64,000 nucleotides of DNA from the NCBI GenBank assembly GCA_963706575.1, contig CAVPNL010000001.1, forward strand, positions 352,001 through 416,000, read 5' to 3'. This DNA is from an uncultured delta proteobacterium. GTDB lineage: Bacteria; Desulfobacterota; Desulfobacteria; Desulfobacterales; JAHEIW01. Made by a program: the position numbers and the translations under genes. Positions 12,442 to 22,198 of this stretch are shown here, in pieces (the first letter of the stretch is position 1; the number at the start of each line of letters is the position of its first letter). A model generated the notes under the pieces. The model searched no databases. It saw only the letters and a program-made list of their open reading frames with translations, and was not told where the DNA came from.

Positions 12442-13484
12442 TGTGGCCTCCCTTCCGCTGATGGTTGTTGACTGGACTCCAGTGGGAGCCAGGGCACCAT
12501 GGCCTTCTGATCCCTATCCACGATATAGAGCCCCTTCATATCCGCCAGCAAACCCGTCATGGCCTCCAGATACAGACGTCGGCGCGTGACCTGCGGCGCC
12601 CCCAGGTACTCACCCAGAATGGCCATAAAACGCGTCGCCTCTCCTTCAGCCCGGTTGACGCGCTCAAGGGCGTAGCCCTCGGCCTCGCTGATACTCTGCG
12701 TAGCCACTCCGCGGGCCTTGGGAATTTCGCGGTTGGCCTGCTCCTGGGCCTTATTGATCGTCCTTTCTTTGTCCTGACGCGACTCGTTTACTTCATTGAA
12801 GGCCGGCTTCACGGTATCCGGCGGGGTCACATCCTGAAGTTCCACGGTAACCAAACGCACGCCGGTCTCATAGGCCGTCAGGATTTTCTGGATCTCAATT
12901 TTTGCTTCACTGGCAACCGCCACCCGGCCGGTTGTGAGCACATCGCTGCCGAGACGATTGCCGACCGCCCGGCGCATGATCGCCTCGGTGGTATCGCGGA
13001 TCGTTTTCGGTGTGTCGCGTACTTTAAACAAGTAGCGGATCGGGTCTTCGATGCGGTACTGGATGATCCACTGGACATCGATAACGTTTAAATCTCCGGT
13101 CAGCATCAGCGACTCGTCCTTATGTGAACCGCTCGTATCATACCGCGTCTTCTGGCCGGGCACGGTGGCCACCGTCCGGAAACCGAACTCCTCTTTAAGC
13201 ACACGGGCCGTGGGTAACAGACGAACCTTTTCGACACCGAAAGGCAGTTTGAAATGCAGTCCCGGGCCGGCCGTGCGCATGACTTTTCCAAAGCGCTGTA
13301 CAATCCCCGTCTCTTCCGGCTGGACGGTGAACCAGGCTGTCCACAAGATAATCACCACCACCGCCACCGCGCCGAGGATCAAGAACGGAGCGCCTTTGAA
13401 CCCCTCTAACTTCAGTCGAATTTTCTCCAGGATGTCATCCAAAGCCGGTGGTGATCCCCCTGGAGATTGATTCCATTCGGGCAT
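12438..13484 (-). CDS. hflK: FtsH modulator HflK
   Basis: MLTGDLNVIDVQW, VKPAFNEV, IPKARG, VTRRRLYLEAM; overlaps hflC start (ATGA). Confidence 0.95.
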   Translation of the reverse strand: MPEWNQSPGGSPPALDDILEKIRLKLEGFKGAPFLILGAVAVVVIILWTAWFTVQPEETGIVQRFGKVMRTAGPGLHFKLPFGVEKVRLLPTARVLKEEFGFRTVATVPGQKTRYDTSGSHKDESLMLTGDLNVIDVQWIIQYRIEDPIRYLFKVRDTPKTIRDTTEAIMRRAVGNRLGSDVLTTGRVAVASEAKIEIQKILTAYETGVRLVTVELQDVTPPDTVKPAFNEVNESRQDKERTINKAQEQANREIPKARGVATQSISEAEGYALERVNRAEGEATRFMAILGEYLGAPQVTRRRLYLEAMTGLLADMKGLYIVDRDQKAMVPWLPLESSQQPSAEGRPQ

Positions 13485-13628
13485 AGCTTACCTCCTTTGC
13501 GTCCACGCAATTCATGGAGCTTATGAATTTCGAACAGACCTTGCACATTGGCGCCTAATTATCATAATCATTGTCGAAACAAAACTATCAGGCATATCGT
13601 GCCATCTTGAATTCAGCACCCGGCAGGT

Positions 13629-13811
13629 TTAGCTTTTTTCAATTTTGAAGAATGCCAGGGCTTCATCTAATTTTTTCTCCATTCCATCTCTTTCAGCCTC
13701 AGTTAAATCGAAAAACATGGATGGGTCCTTGAGAAAATTATAGACAAAACCGGTCAACTTTTTGATATCTTTGACCCCGTTGCTTTCAAGATATTTATAA
13801 AATCCACTCAT
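13629..13811 (-). CDS. Small hypothetical protein
   Basis: 60 aa, RBS AAGGA upstream, co-directional with neighbours. Confidence 0.5.
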   Translation of the reverse strand: MSGFYKYLESNGVKDIKKLTGFVYNFLKDPSMFFDLTEAERDGMEKKLDEALAFFKIEKS

Positions 13812-13873
13812 GATAAATCCTTATTTGTTCGCGGTAAATGTCTGCCGGTTTCACAGGATATTTTCTACCCGGC

Positions 13874-15355
13874 TCAAAGAATATGTATCTCGCATATCCT
13901 GCGGAAGTGATAACCGTATATTGCAAGGGTGACGGCCAGAGGAAGCAGCCGGGGTTTACGCACCAGCGTCCAGGTCATTAAATGCCAGTAATGGAAACGC
14001 TCTTTGCCCAGAATTCCCAGTCGAATGCTGGAACGGAAAAATGCAAGAAATCGTTGAAGATCGATCCGTGTGTCCACCTTGGAATTGCCGAATTCTTTGA
14101 GAAATACTTTTACACGCCTATAATAATTCTTGGGAGAATAGATATGGCCCATGATGAACCGGTAGCCGGTCATTAACTGATCGAGCCCCATTTTGGGGTC
14201 AATGTTGGTTGTGCCATCCACATTATCGCCTGAGATCGTCATTCCCAATAAACGGTTATCTTTCTTCAGGCGATCAAACAGCCTTGTTCCCGGAGGGGCC
14301 TGGAGCAGCCCCACCATTGCGGTTACAATGCCGCTTTTTTGGATAAAATCGATAAGTTGCTGAAAAATTGAGGGGCTATCGCTGTCAAAGCCGACAATAA
14401 AGCCCCCTTGAACCTGTAAACCGGCGCGCTGCAAAATCTTTACATCATTAATGAGGTTGCGGTTCTTGTTTTGTATTTTTTGGCATTCGGTAAGGCTGTC
14501 ATTATTCGGTGTTTCGATTCCAATGAAAACCGAATCGAAACCCGCATTGACCATCAAGTCCAGAAGCTCGGCATCGTCGGCCAGGTTTATCGAAGCTTCT
14601 GTAAAAAATACACACCCCTTCTTGTCTTGGCGCCATTCGATCAGCGCCGGCAGCAACCTCGTTTTTAAGTAGCGCTTGTTCCCGATAAAATTGTCGTCAA
14701 CAAAAAAGATGTTACTGCGCCAACCCGCATCGTATATACGATCCAGCTCTGCGATCACCTGCTGGGCTGACTTCAGTCGGGGCCGGTGGCCGAAAAGAAC
14801 CGTCACATTACAAAAATCGCAGTTGAAGGGACACCCCCTGGAAAACTGAATGCTCATGGACGCATATTTTTTCATTTCGACAAGATCCCAAGCGGGTGGC
14901 GGAGTGTGGCCAAGATCACAGAAACCCGAGGCCCTGTATATTTTTTTGGGATGACCGTTTTTCAAGTCCTCAAGAAAAGACGGCAATGTTAGCTCGGCCT
15001 CGTCGAGGACCAGGTGATCGACGTCCTCAAACGCATCCGGTTCGGCAGTAAAGAGCGGTCCCCCCGCGATAACTTTCAAGCCCTCCGCCTTGCAACGCGC
15101 AATTATCTGTCTGGCGGATTCCCGTTGAACGGCCATCCCCCCGATGAAGGCAAAGTCTGCCCATGAGAGATCATCTTCGCTGAGGCCGTCCACGTTAACA
15201 TCCACCAGACGCCGCTGAAATTCATCCGGCAACATGGCCGCCACGGTGAGCAAGCCCAGCGGCGGGTATGCGGCTTTTTTGCGGATGAATTTTAAAGCGT
15301 ATGTGAAAGACCAAAAGGTGTCCGGAAACTTTGGGTAAATGAGAAGAACGTTCAT
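13874..15355 (-). CDS. B12-binding radical SAM protein (DUF4070-type)
   Basis: PPLGLLTVAA, SRGCPFNCDFC, FFVDDNF, FIGIET, GGFIVGFD. Confidence 0.92.
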   Translation of the reverse strand: MNVLLIYPKFPDTFWSFTYALKFIRKKAAYPPLGLLTVAAMLPDEFQRRLVDVNVDGLSEDDLSWADFAFIGGMAVQRESARQIIARCKAEGLKVIAGGPLFTAEPDAFEDVDHLVLDEAELTLPSFLEDLKNGHPKKIYRASGFCDLGHTPPPAWDLVEMKKYASMSIQFSRGCPFNCDFCNVTVLFGHRPRLKSAQQVIAELDRIYDAGWRSNIFFVDDNFIGNKRYLKTRLLPALIEWRQDKKGCVFFTEASINLADDAELLDLMVNAGFDSVFIGIETPNNDSLTECQKIQNKNRNLINDVKILQRAGLQVQGGFIVGFDSDSPSIFQQLIDFIQKSGIVTAMVGLLQAPPGTRLFDRLKKDNRLLGMTISGDNVDGTTNIDPKMGLDQLMTGYRFIMGHIYSPKNYYRRVKVFLKEFGNSKVDTRIDLQRFLAFFRSSIRLGILGKERFHYWHLMTWTLVRKPRLLPLAVTLAIYGYHFRRICEIHIL

Positions 15356-15493
15356 ATCGTAAATTCCTTATTCGTGTTCTAACAAGCAATGTTTAGGAAT
15401 ATTGGTGCAAATTTATGGCGATGACTGCACGGGTTGCGTGAATTTCGTTGGCCAAGGCAGTACATTAAGATATTTTGGTTCGTTCTTTTATTT

Positions 15494-15871
15494 TCAGGGA
15501 TGCAACAATCCTTGGACCGTTTTATCCATCTCCACTAAAGTAAAGGGCTTAAAAAGGGCCTTAGCCACAGCAGTGCCTTTTATTTTGGATAAAATGACCG
15601 CTTTATCAGCACCTGTCATAAGCACAACCTGTGTGGCGGGAGATTTTTCTTTGACGTAATCGGCCAGGTGGATACCGTCCATACCAGACATGTTAAAGTC
15701 AGTCATGACCAGGTCAAATTTGTTTTTAAGAAAAAGAGCTAATCCGTTTTCACCACTATCAGCTGATAATACTGCATAGCCGAGCCGACAAAGCATTTTT
15801 GAAACGACGTCTCGAATTGTATCATCGTCATCAACGACTAATATTTTTTCGCTGCCCGTATTCATTTTCAA
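15494..15871 (-). CDS. Single-domain response regulator
   Basis: ILVVDDD, TDFNMSGMDG, LMTG, FKPF. Confidence 0.9.
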   Translation of the reverse strand: MKMNTGSEKILVVDDDDTIRDVVSKMLCRLGYAVLSADSGENGLALFLKNKFDLVMTDFNMSGMDGIHLADYVKEKSPATQVVLMTGADKAVILSKIKGTAVAKALFKPFTLVEMDKTVQGLLHP

Positions 15872-15936
15872 ATCCTTTCATCTCTTATCCTTTGATGTTA
15901 CACACAGGGATATATTCCCATACAAAACGTAAACAA

Positions 15937-16266
15937 TTAGGCTGCTTTCCCCCTGGCGGCATTAACGGTCTCCATTCCTTCCGAATGGGAAACCGTGTGG
16001 ATTTCAATTTGCAGTGGTTCGCATAAAAGGCTCTTTGTTCCAAGCAAAACGCTGAATCTGTCTGACTTGATGTGATCGTTAAGATCTTCGCGGGTTTCCC
16101 ACTCCTCTATCAAACTGAAAACGTTCTTTTCTTCGATGTCCCGGAAAACGTGACAGCTCAGACAACCCCTCACATTTTCGATTGGTTCAATCATTGAGAG
16201 AAGTGTTTGCATAACCTCTGTCCGCTTATCTAAAAATACATTCATGGTTGTTCTGAAAATGATCAC
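15937..16266 (-). CDS. Antibiotic biosynthesis monooxygenase (ABM) family protein
   Basis: GCLSCHV...LIEEWETREDLNDH; GTG start after GAGGAGG. Confidence 0.8.
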   Translation of the reverse strand: MIIFRTTMNVFLDKRTEVMQTLLSMIEPIENVRGCLSCHVFRDIEEKNVFSLIEEWETREDLNDHIKSDRFSVLLGTKSLLCEPLQIEIHTVSHSEGMETVNAARGKAA

Positions 16267-16370
16267 GAGAACCCTCCTCTCAGCAAAGACATGACACACG
16301 TGTTAATATAGCTTGGGAATTTCCCCCCCAGCTGTTATCAAAAGAATTTAAACTGTCCAGAATCATACCT

Positions 16371-16519
16371 TCAAGCTTTGTGCCAGGCAGACTGAATTCA
16401 ACTTATATTAAGCTAACAAATTGATATTTAATATAATTTTTTATAAAAGAGCCTGATCGAGGAGGGATGAATGAGTGTAATAATATGGTCACATATGACC
16501 AATGGTCATATATGACCAT
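16371..16519 (-). promoter_or_regulatory. Sigma54 promoter with IHF site and two palindromic upstream activator sites
   Basis: Minus strand TGGCACAAAGCTTGA (16371-16385); IHF match TATCAATTTGTTA (16414-16426); palindromes TGGTCACATATGACCA (16486-16501) and ATGGTCATATATGACCAT (16502-16519). Confidence 0.7.
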
Positions 16520-16721
16520 GCTCGGCACCCTTGAAGTGATGTTTACAGCTCTGCGTGAGGGAATACAAATTGACAGGCTGTTGTTTGAGGAAAACCGTGA
16601 AAAATAGGCGACTTTGCGGAAAAATGGTCCTTTAACTGCGTACCTTCAGGTGGTGGGCCAAGACCCGGTTTTCGTTTCAGATATCATGGTTCGAGTAGCA
16701 AAATAAATCGACCCCACATGC

Positions 16722-18239
16722 TTATGGCTGCTGGATACCCAATTTTCGTATGCGGGCGCGCAGTGTGCTGCGGTTGAGCCCAAGGATTTCTGCAGCCCCG
16801 TTTTTGCCACTCACTTTCCAATTGGTCTGCTCAAGTACCCGGACAATATGGTCGCGTTCAACCGCTTCCAGCGTTTTTTGCGTGGTCGTTAAATCCTTAT
16901 GGGGTTTTTTCAGTTCATCCACCAGGTGCAGTTTGGGTCCCGAGGAGTTGATTACCGCCCGCTCGAGGACGTTTTCCAACTCCCTGACATTGCCGGGCCA
17001 TTGATAATCCTGCAAGGCATTCATGACGCTCGTCGGGATGCTCTCAATGGACTTGCCCAGTCTCTTGGAAATTTTATCTACGAAAAAATCTACCATCAGG
17101 GCAATGTCTTCCATCCGTTCTCGCAGCGGGGGCACCGTAATCGGAAAAATATTTAGCCGGTACCAAAGATCTTCCCGAAACCGGCCCCGGCGGACTTCCT
17201 CTTCCAGGTTACGATTGGTGGCGGCAATCACCCGCACATCGACTTTGATCGTACCGGAGCTGCCCAAGCGTTCAAACTCACCGTCCTGGATCACCCGCAG
17301 CAGTTTGGGCTGCAGTTCCAACGGCAGTTCCCCGATCTCATCCAGAAACAGGGTGGCGCCGTTGGCAACTTCAAATCGCCCCAGCTGTCTGGCATGGGCA
17401 CCGGTGAAGGCGCCTTTCTCGTGGCCGAACAGCTCACTTTCAATCAGGTTTGAAGGCAGTGTGGCACAATTCACTTTCACTAAGGTCCGATCTTTGCGCG
17501 GGCTCAAGCCATGAATGGCCCGGGCCACCAGCTCCTTGCCGGTTCCGGTCTCACCAAGAACGAGAACGGTCGTATCGCTGGAGGCAATTTGCTCAACCTT
17601 ATAGAGCACGTAATTGAGCCCGTCACTTTGACCGATAATGTTCTCATAGTTGTATTCTAATTTGATTTCTTCTTGCAGATAAGCTCTCTCGACCTCAAGT
17701 TTTTCTTTTAACTCGTTTATTTCGGAAAGTGCAACCTGGAGATTAAGCTCGGCCTGCTTGCGCTCGGTAATGTCCTGAATCCAACCGGACATCCGAATAG
17801 CTTTTCCCTCGGTATTCCAGATTGCCTGGCCACGCGCGAGGAACCACAGGTACTCGCCGGATTTTGTTCGCAGGCGGTATTCGACCTTGTATGCAACACG
17901 CTCTTTAAGATGGCGTTCGATCGCGGCCCAGATGGCCTCGGTGTCCTCAGGATGCAGTCGGCTGCGGAAAGAATCTATCGTGCCCGGAAACTCCTCGGAC
18001 GAATACCCCAGGATTTCTCTGAAACGATCCGAGTAAAAGACGGTGTTCGACAGCAGGTCCCAGTCCCAGAGGCCGTCGGTAGAGCCTGCGAGGGCCAAAA
18101 GATATCGCTCTTCACTGGTGCGCAATGCCTCTTTCGACCGGCCGTGTCGCGACCGCTGTATGAGCAGCCTGACAATAAGCAAGGTTGCGATCGCGCTAAA
18201 AGAGGCAAGACCGATGATATGCCATTGGTAAAGCGCCAA
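16722..18239 (-). CDS. Sigma54-dependent Fis-family activator with PAS domain (probably 5'-truncated)
   Basis: [32 protein letters not shown]-terminal HTH; PAS DGLWDWD. Confidence 0.92.
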   Translation of the reverse strand: MALYQWHIIGLASFSAIATLLIVRLLIQRSRHGRSKEALRTSEERYLLALAGSTDGLWDWDLLSNTVFYSDRFREILGYSSEEFPGTIDSFRSRLHPEDTEAIWAAIERHLKERVAYKVEYRLRTKSGEYLWFLARGQAIWNTEGKAIRMSGWIQDITERKQAELNLQVALSEINELKEKLEVERAYLQEEIKLEYNYENIIGQSDGLNYVLYKVEQIASSDTTVLVLGETGTGKELVARAIHGLSPRKDRTLVKVNCATLPSNLIESELFGHEKGAFTGAHARQLGRFEVANGATLFLDEIGELPLELQPKLLRVIQDGEFERLGSSGTIKVDVRVIAATNRNLEEEVRRGRFREDLWYRLNIFPITVPPLRERMEDIALMVDFFVDKISKRLGKSIESIPTSVMNALQDYQWPGNVRELENVLERAVINSSGPKLHLVDELKKPHKDLTTTQKTLEAVERDHIVRVLEQTNWKVSGKNGAAEILGLNRSTLRARIRKLGIQQP

Positions 18240-18458
18240 AATTGACTCCTCGGGAACGAATGGTTGTACTTATTCGATATAATTACCATAAAAGTTATAG
18301 AATTTCAAAATTTTGGTGAACCAGGTGCGGATTGATCTGATCTTTTGGAAGTTTGTTGCCGGCAGTGGGATCAATCGGGTAAAGCTAAATATTTCAAAAG
18401 CATATCGCAAAGGTGTTTAGAAGATGGGGTGGTATGATTCGATACAGGTTTCTTGGCC

Positions 18459-18474
18459 GCAAAATTCATGCCGA
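18459..18474 (-). promoter_or_regulatory. Possible sigma54 -24/-12 element
   Basis: Minus strand TCGGCATGAATTTTGC (GG-N10-GC). Confidence 0.35.
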
Positions 18475-18778
18475 TATTATTGCTAACGCATTTTGCAGAT
18501 TGCACAACGACAAATATACAAAATTTCAGCCATGCAAAAATTGTGTCTTCGTGCCTAAGGGTGGAATTTGAAGGGGCTTAAAATTTGTTAGAGGTGTTGA
18601 CGCAATATACAAAATTCTAATTTTTTGGGTTCATAGAAGCCGGAAGATAAAATCGAGAAGACTTTAATATTGCGCATGCCTAATATAAAATTTCGAAAAA
18701 AAATAGTTGATGGAAGAAATATCATACAATGGGATCACAGATATGTCAGTAGTATCCCATGAAAATTGAATAGTGTTC

Positions 18779-19527
18779 GGCCTTGAACACGGGCAGAAGG
18801 GTCAGGACGGCCTCACCGGAGTCACGTTCGATCCAGTTGTTGGAAGTCAATGCTCCACGCCTATGAGTGAACGGAACTCCTCTTCCAGTTTCTCTTTCAG
18901 TGAGATGATGTCCTTCTTGAAGGCTTCTCTGGCCTTCTCCCACATTTCGGTTCGTTCCCGATAGAGACCTTTGACTGCGTGGAGTTCCGGATGCCTTGGA
19001 TCGATTGGATACGTCGTTATGTCGATGTATGTGTCGCGAGAGGAGAAAAAGAGTCGATCCATGATCTCGCAGGTGTCCTTTCCAAAGTAGATCTTGTTAC
19101 GGGCCACAGCACGGATGAACTGGTTGTGCGCGTCACGGAAGACTTGTGCCTTCTCGTCGAGACTCGGTTCGTCGGCGCCCTGGAAGTACTTCAGCAAAGA
19201 TTGCATCGAGTCGTAGAGATCAACCAGCTTCTCGTACAGAACTTTGATGACATGAGCGCGCTCAACGTGAAGCTGAGAGAAGCTTATTTCATGCTGTTTG
19301 GCGAGGCGGTTCAGTTCGGCCCGCTCTCTAGCGAGAATGCGCTGTCCCCAGACTTTGCCGAGCCATGAGGACAGGATCAAAATGATCGCGCTGGCGCCGC
19401 CCACCGCGGCGACCATTGCGAAGACAACCTTGAATGCTTCAGTCCATTTCATTTCTCAGATCTCCAACTTTGAATTTGACAGCGCTACATAACTGCGCGA
19501 AAACATGTTGCGCTCCCGAATGCTGTC
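18779..19527 (-). mobile_element. Orphan integron-type gene cassette with partial attC sites on both sides
   Basis: GTTGGAG just before the ATG; CTTCCAAC immediately after the stop, followed by an attC-like left arm AACTGGATCGAACGTGAC. Confidence 0.6.
18847..19452 (-). CDS. Cassette-borne hypothetical protein with N-terminal TM helix
   Basis: 201-aa ORF, hydrophobic N-terminus, flanked by attC-like sequences. Confidence 0.8.
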   Translation of the reverse strand: MKWTEAFKVVFAMVAAVGGASAIILILSSWLGKVWGQRILARERAELNRLAKQHEISFSQLHVERAHVIKVLYEKLVDLYDSMQSLLKYFQGADEPSLDEKAQVFRDAHNQFIRAVARNKIYFGKDTCEIMDRLFFSSRDTYIDITTYPIDPRHPELHAVKGLYRERTEMWEKAREAFKKDIISLKEKLEEEFRSLIGVEH

Positions 19528-20202
19528 TTACCATTCCTCCTCCTCTAGGAAGGGATCAATGAGCACCCTCACATTCAAATACACATTCCTCAAACCTATA
19601 TCCTCCAGTGAAAGCCTTATCTCCGTGCCATTTTTGACATTTGGTGGGGCGCTCAAGGAAAATTCTCTCTCCGATTGAACCCTTCCATGCCCGAAGCAGA
19701 CAGGACAGAAGAAATCCTCCCACAATCCCGCTCTTCTGCACCTCGGACAAGGCTCAACTACAGGAACGGTAACAGGAAAGAGCACTCCTTCTGCGGCTTC
19801 CCGCGGGGAAAGAATTGCCTCAAAATAGAGATCCTTGGCCCTTATTCTTCCCCTCTCGATGTCAAAGAAGCCGGGCAGGAACCCTTCGAAGAACTCATCG
19901 GTACGGGAGAAAAACCTGTCAATCTCATCAAGCAGCGATCTCCTGCTTTCTATGATCTCGGAAACTCGTGTGATTCTTACCTCCGATCCCTGTCGAGCAA
20001 GCTCTTCGTCATATCTCCTGCGTTTCACCTCGTCACCCAAGGTCTCATAAGCTTCCCTGATCTCCCGGAACTTCTCCGCGCCCTCCTGCAACGCGGAAAC
20101 ATCGGGATGGTGCTTCTTTACAACCCTTCTGTGGGCCTTCTTGATTTTGTTTAAATCGGCCCCTCTGCTGATACCCAATACGAGGTAGTAATCCTTTGGC
20201 AT
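19528..20202 (-). CDS. DnaJ-domain protein with partial zinc finger
   Basis: DYYLVLG, HPD motif, CPRC...CPVCFGHG; ATG at 20202 after GAGGAGGA. Confidence 0.88.
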   Translation of the reverse strand: MPKDYYLVLGISRGADLNKIKKAHRRVVKKHHPDVSALQEGAEKFREIREAYETLGDEVKRRRYDEELARQGSEVRITRVSEIIESRRSLLDEIDRFFSRTDEFFEGFLPGFFDIERGRIRAKDLYFEAILSPREAAEGVLFPVTVPVVEPCPRCRRAGLWEDFFCPVCFGHGRVQSEREFSLSAPPNVKNGTEIRLSLEDIGLRNVYLNVRVLIDPFLEEEEW

Positions 20203-20304
20203 TGCATGTTCCTCCTCGGTCGGGGAATGCGCCGAATCTCCGAAATCACATGAGATTCCGAGCATGTGCTCTCTCGGGGAAATTGCACGTTTCTGAGTTA
20301 CCAT

Positions 20305-20485
20305 TTACCCTGTCTTCACCTCGATCTTCTGGAGCACCGCCGCTTTGACCTTGGGCACGCTTAACCGGAGAACCCCTTCTTTCAGCTCAGCCTCGATCTT
20401 GGATTGGTCAATTATTCCTGAGAGGTTAGACTGCCTGTATTACTCCCCTGACATTGTATGACAAATTGCCAATGAAAATATTCAC
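20305..20485 (-). pseudogene. Chimeric remnant: 5' end of RRM gene joined to 3' end of an Hsp20 gene
   Basis: GTG at 20485 gives VNIFIGNLSYNV; another frame gives YRQSNLSGIIDQSKIEAELKEGVLRLSVPKVKAAVLQKIEVKTG*. Confidence 0.8.
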
Positions 20486-20762
20486 TTTAATCCCCTTTTT
20501 TAAAACCTAAATCTTAGATGCCTTTTAATACCTGCAATACTATCCAAAATCTCAATTTGCGGTTTTACTGGGGTTATTGCAGACACTTATATCACAAGGT
20601 TTTCATTGCTGTCAAAAGCTGCGAGATATAGAACCATATCGCTCAACCACCAAGCATGCAAAGGTGAGCCCCCCAAAAGATGTCTTTAAAAGTAACGGTT
20701 TCTTTATAAAAACAACTTTATTTCGTGGACTTTGCACAATTCATGCTTATATTATAAATAGA

Positions 20763-20868
20763 TGTTAAGTGCCACACCAACTTCGACACCTATAAAAAAG
20801 CCATCGGCAGGCTTAGAGCCGCCAAAGGTTATACCTTAAAAAAGGGAGTTTGAACGTGGCACTTAACA
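20763..20868 (+). ncRNA. Candidate structured RNA, copy 2
   Basis: Identical to 7820-7925. Confidence 0.4.
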
Positions 20869-21266
20869 GGTTTCTCGGGTGTGCGTGCATCCTTTCTGAT
20901 GGATTCTAACGCCACCTTTGATTCCAGCCTTCTTTTAACCCCTAATAAGGGCCTTCCCGTTAAGAAACTACTCAAAACGGGTTAACTATGCTCTCAAACA
21001 TGATGGGGATGTTCTGATGGGTGGCGACGACCCTTCATTTCTCTATTGGATACCACCAAGATCATCTTACCGCATTTTTAACCTTAACCAATTTGAGCCG
21101 TTCACCAAGACAAAGTTAACTCTATTTTACCTTTATAGGAAGATGTTCCCTTGAAAAAATACTCAAATGGTGCCGGCGCTGCTTCTGATAGAATGAAGGT
21201 GATCTGTCGTGAGCTTCAAATGCTATTTGGTTCATATACATAATAAAATAAAATGGGGGGTATCAA

Positions 21267-21617
21267 ATGAAACCAGAAACTGCAGGGAAGCTTAAGTTTG
21301 GAGTTTGGGGCCTTATTTGCGGGGCAGTCATCGCAATGATCATCGGTTTTGCGTGGGGGGGGTGGACAACCTCCAAGACGACCCAAAAGGTGTCCGAAGA
21401 GGCGGTCTTGGCAAGTCAGGCGGCGATCTGTGTTGCCCAATTTATGAAGGACCCGAACCATAAAGAGAAATTTAAAGAATTTAGGGAATTAAATACCTAT
21501 CAGAGATTTGAATTCATTCAAAAAGGAGGCTGGGATAAAATGCCCGGGCAAGAAAAGGCTGGCTATTCTGTAGCCCGACCATGCGCCGATGGGCTTGAAC
21601 TTCTTATCAAAGAATGA
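21267..21617 (+). CDS. Membrane-anchored hypothetical protein, paralog 2
   Basis: Paralog of 8323-8673, same length (116 aa). Confidence 0.85.
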   Translation: MKPETAGKLKFGVWGLICGAVIAMIIGFAWGGWTTSKTTQKVSEEAVLASQAAICVAQFMKDPNHKEKFKEFRELNTYQRFEFIQKGGWDKMPGQEKAGYSVARPCADGLELLIKE

Positions 21618-22198
21618 GATAAATGATATAGCTGTTAAAGGTGATTCATAATTTATTTTATGTGGGTCACCTTTTTTTGCTGATGATCTTCTTTCAGAGA
21701 TCTGCGTTACCTACCCAGCCCACCAGCCCTTAATTAAGGCCTACCCGCACCTTACCGACTGAGGCAGGATTCAATCTGTCGCCATCAGAAGATACTGTTC
21801 GGTTTCCGTATCGCTAATTTAACTCTTCGGCTTTCCCTGCCCATCCCAATAGTGCGTGATTGCTTGAACCTGCCATCAGTTTATGGCTGCTTGCCGAAGT
21901 GCTCTAAATTTTATAAAATAAGGCAGTTACCAGATTGTTTGCCAGCCCTTGAACAATTTGAAATCCCCTTAAAAATTACATATACGGACTTGATATTCAT
22001 AATCTCCAATATGGTTTAAACGCTAAATCATCATCGTATCCTATAATTCCATTGATTTATTAAACAAAAAAGCCAATGATTGAGCACAAAGATGGTGCGG
22101 GTGTATTGTAGAATTTCCAGGGACACTCCAATCATTAAGCCGGCATTGAAGAAAATAAGGAGAAACCGCAAAACCCTATCTATCGCTGAGAGCACACC

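Larger units (their letters stand above)
20449..21676 (+). repeat. Copy 2 of ~1.2-kb direct duplication
   Basis: Aligns with 7508-8732. Confidence 0.93.

Noticed and set aside
11503..12471. 322-aa plus-strand ORF
   Set aside because: Antisense shadow of hflC
13874..15355. Hopanoid methylase HpnP call
   Set aside because: Same broad B12 radical SAM class, but no hopanoid genes in the window and no specific signature recognised
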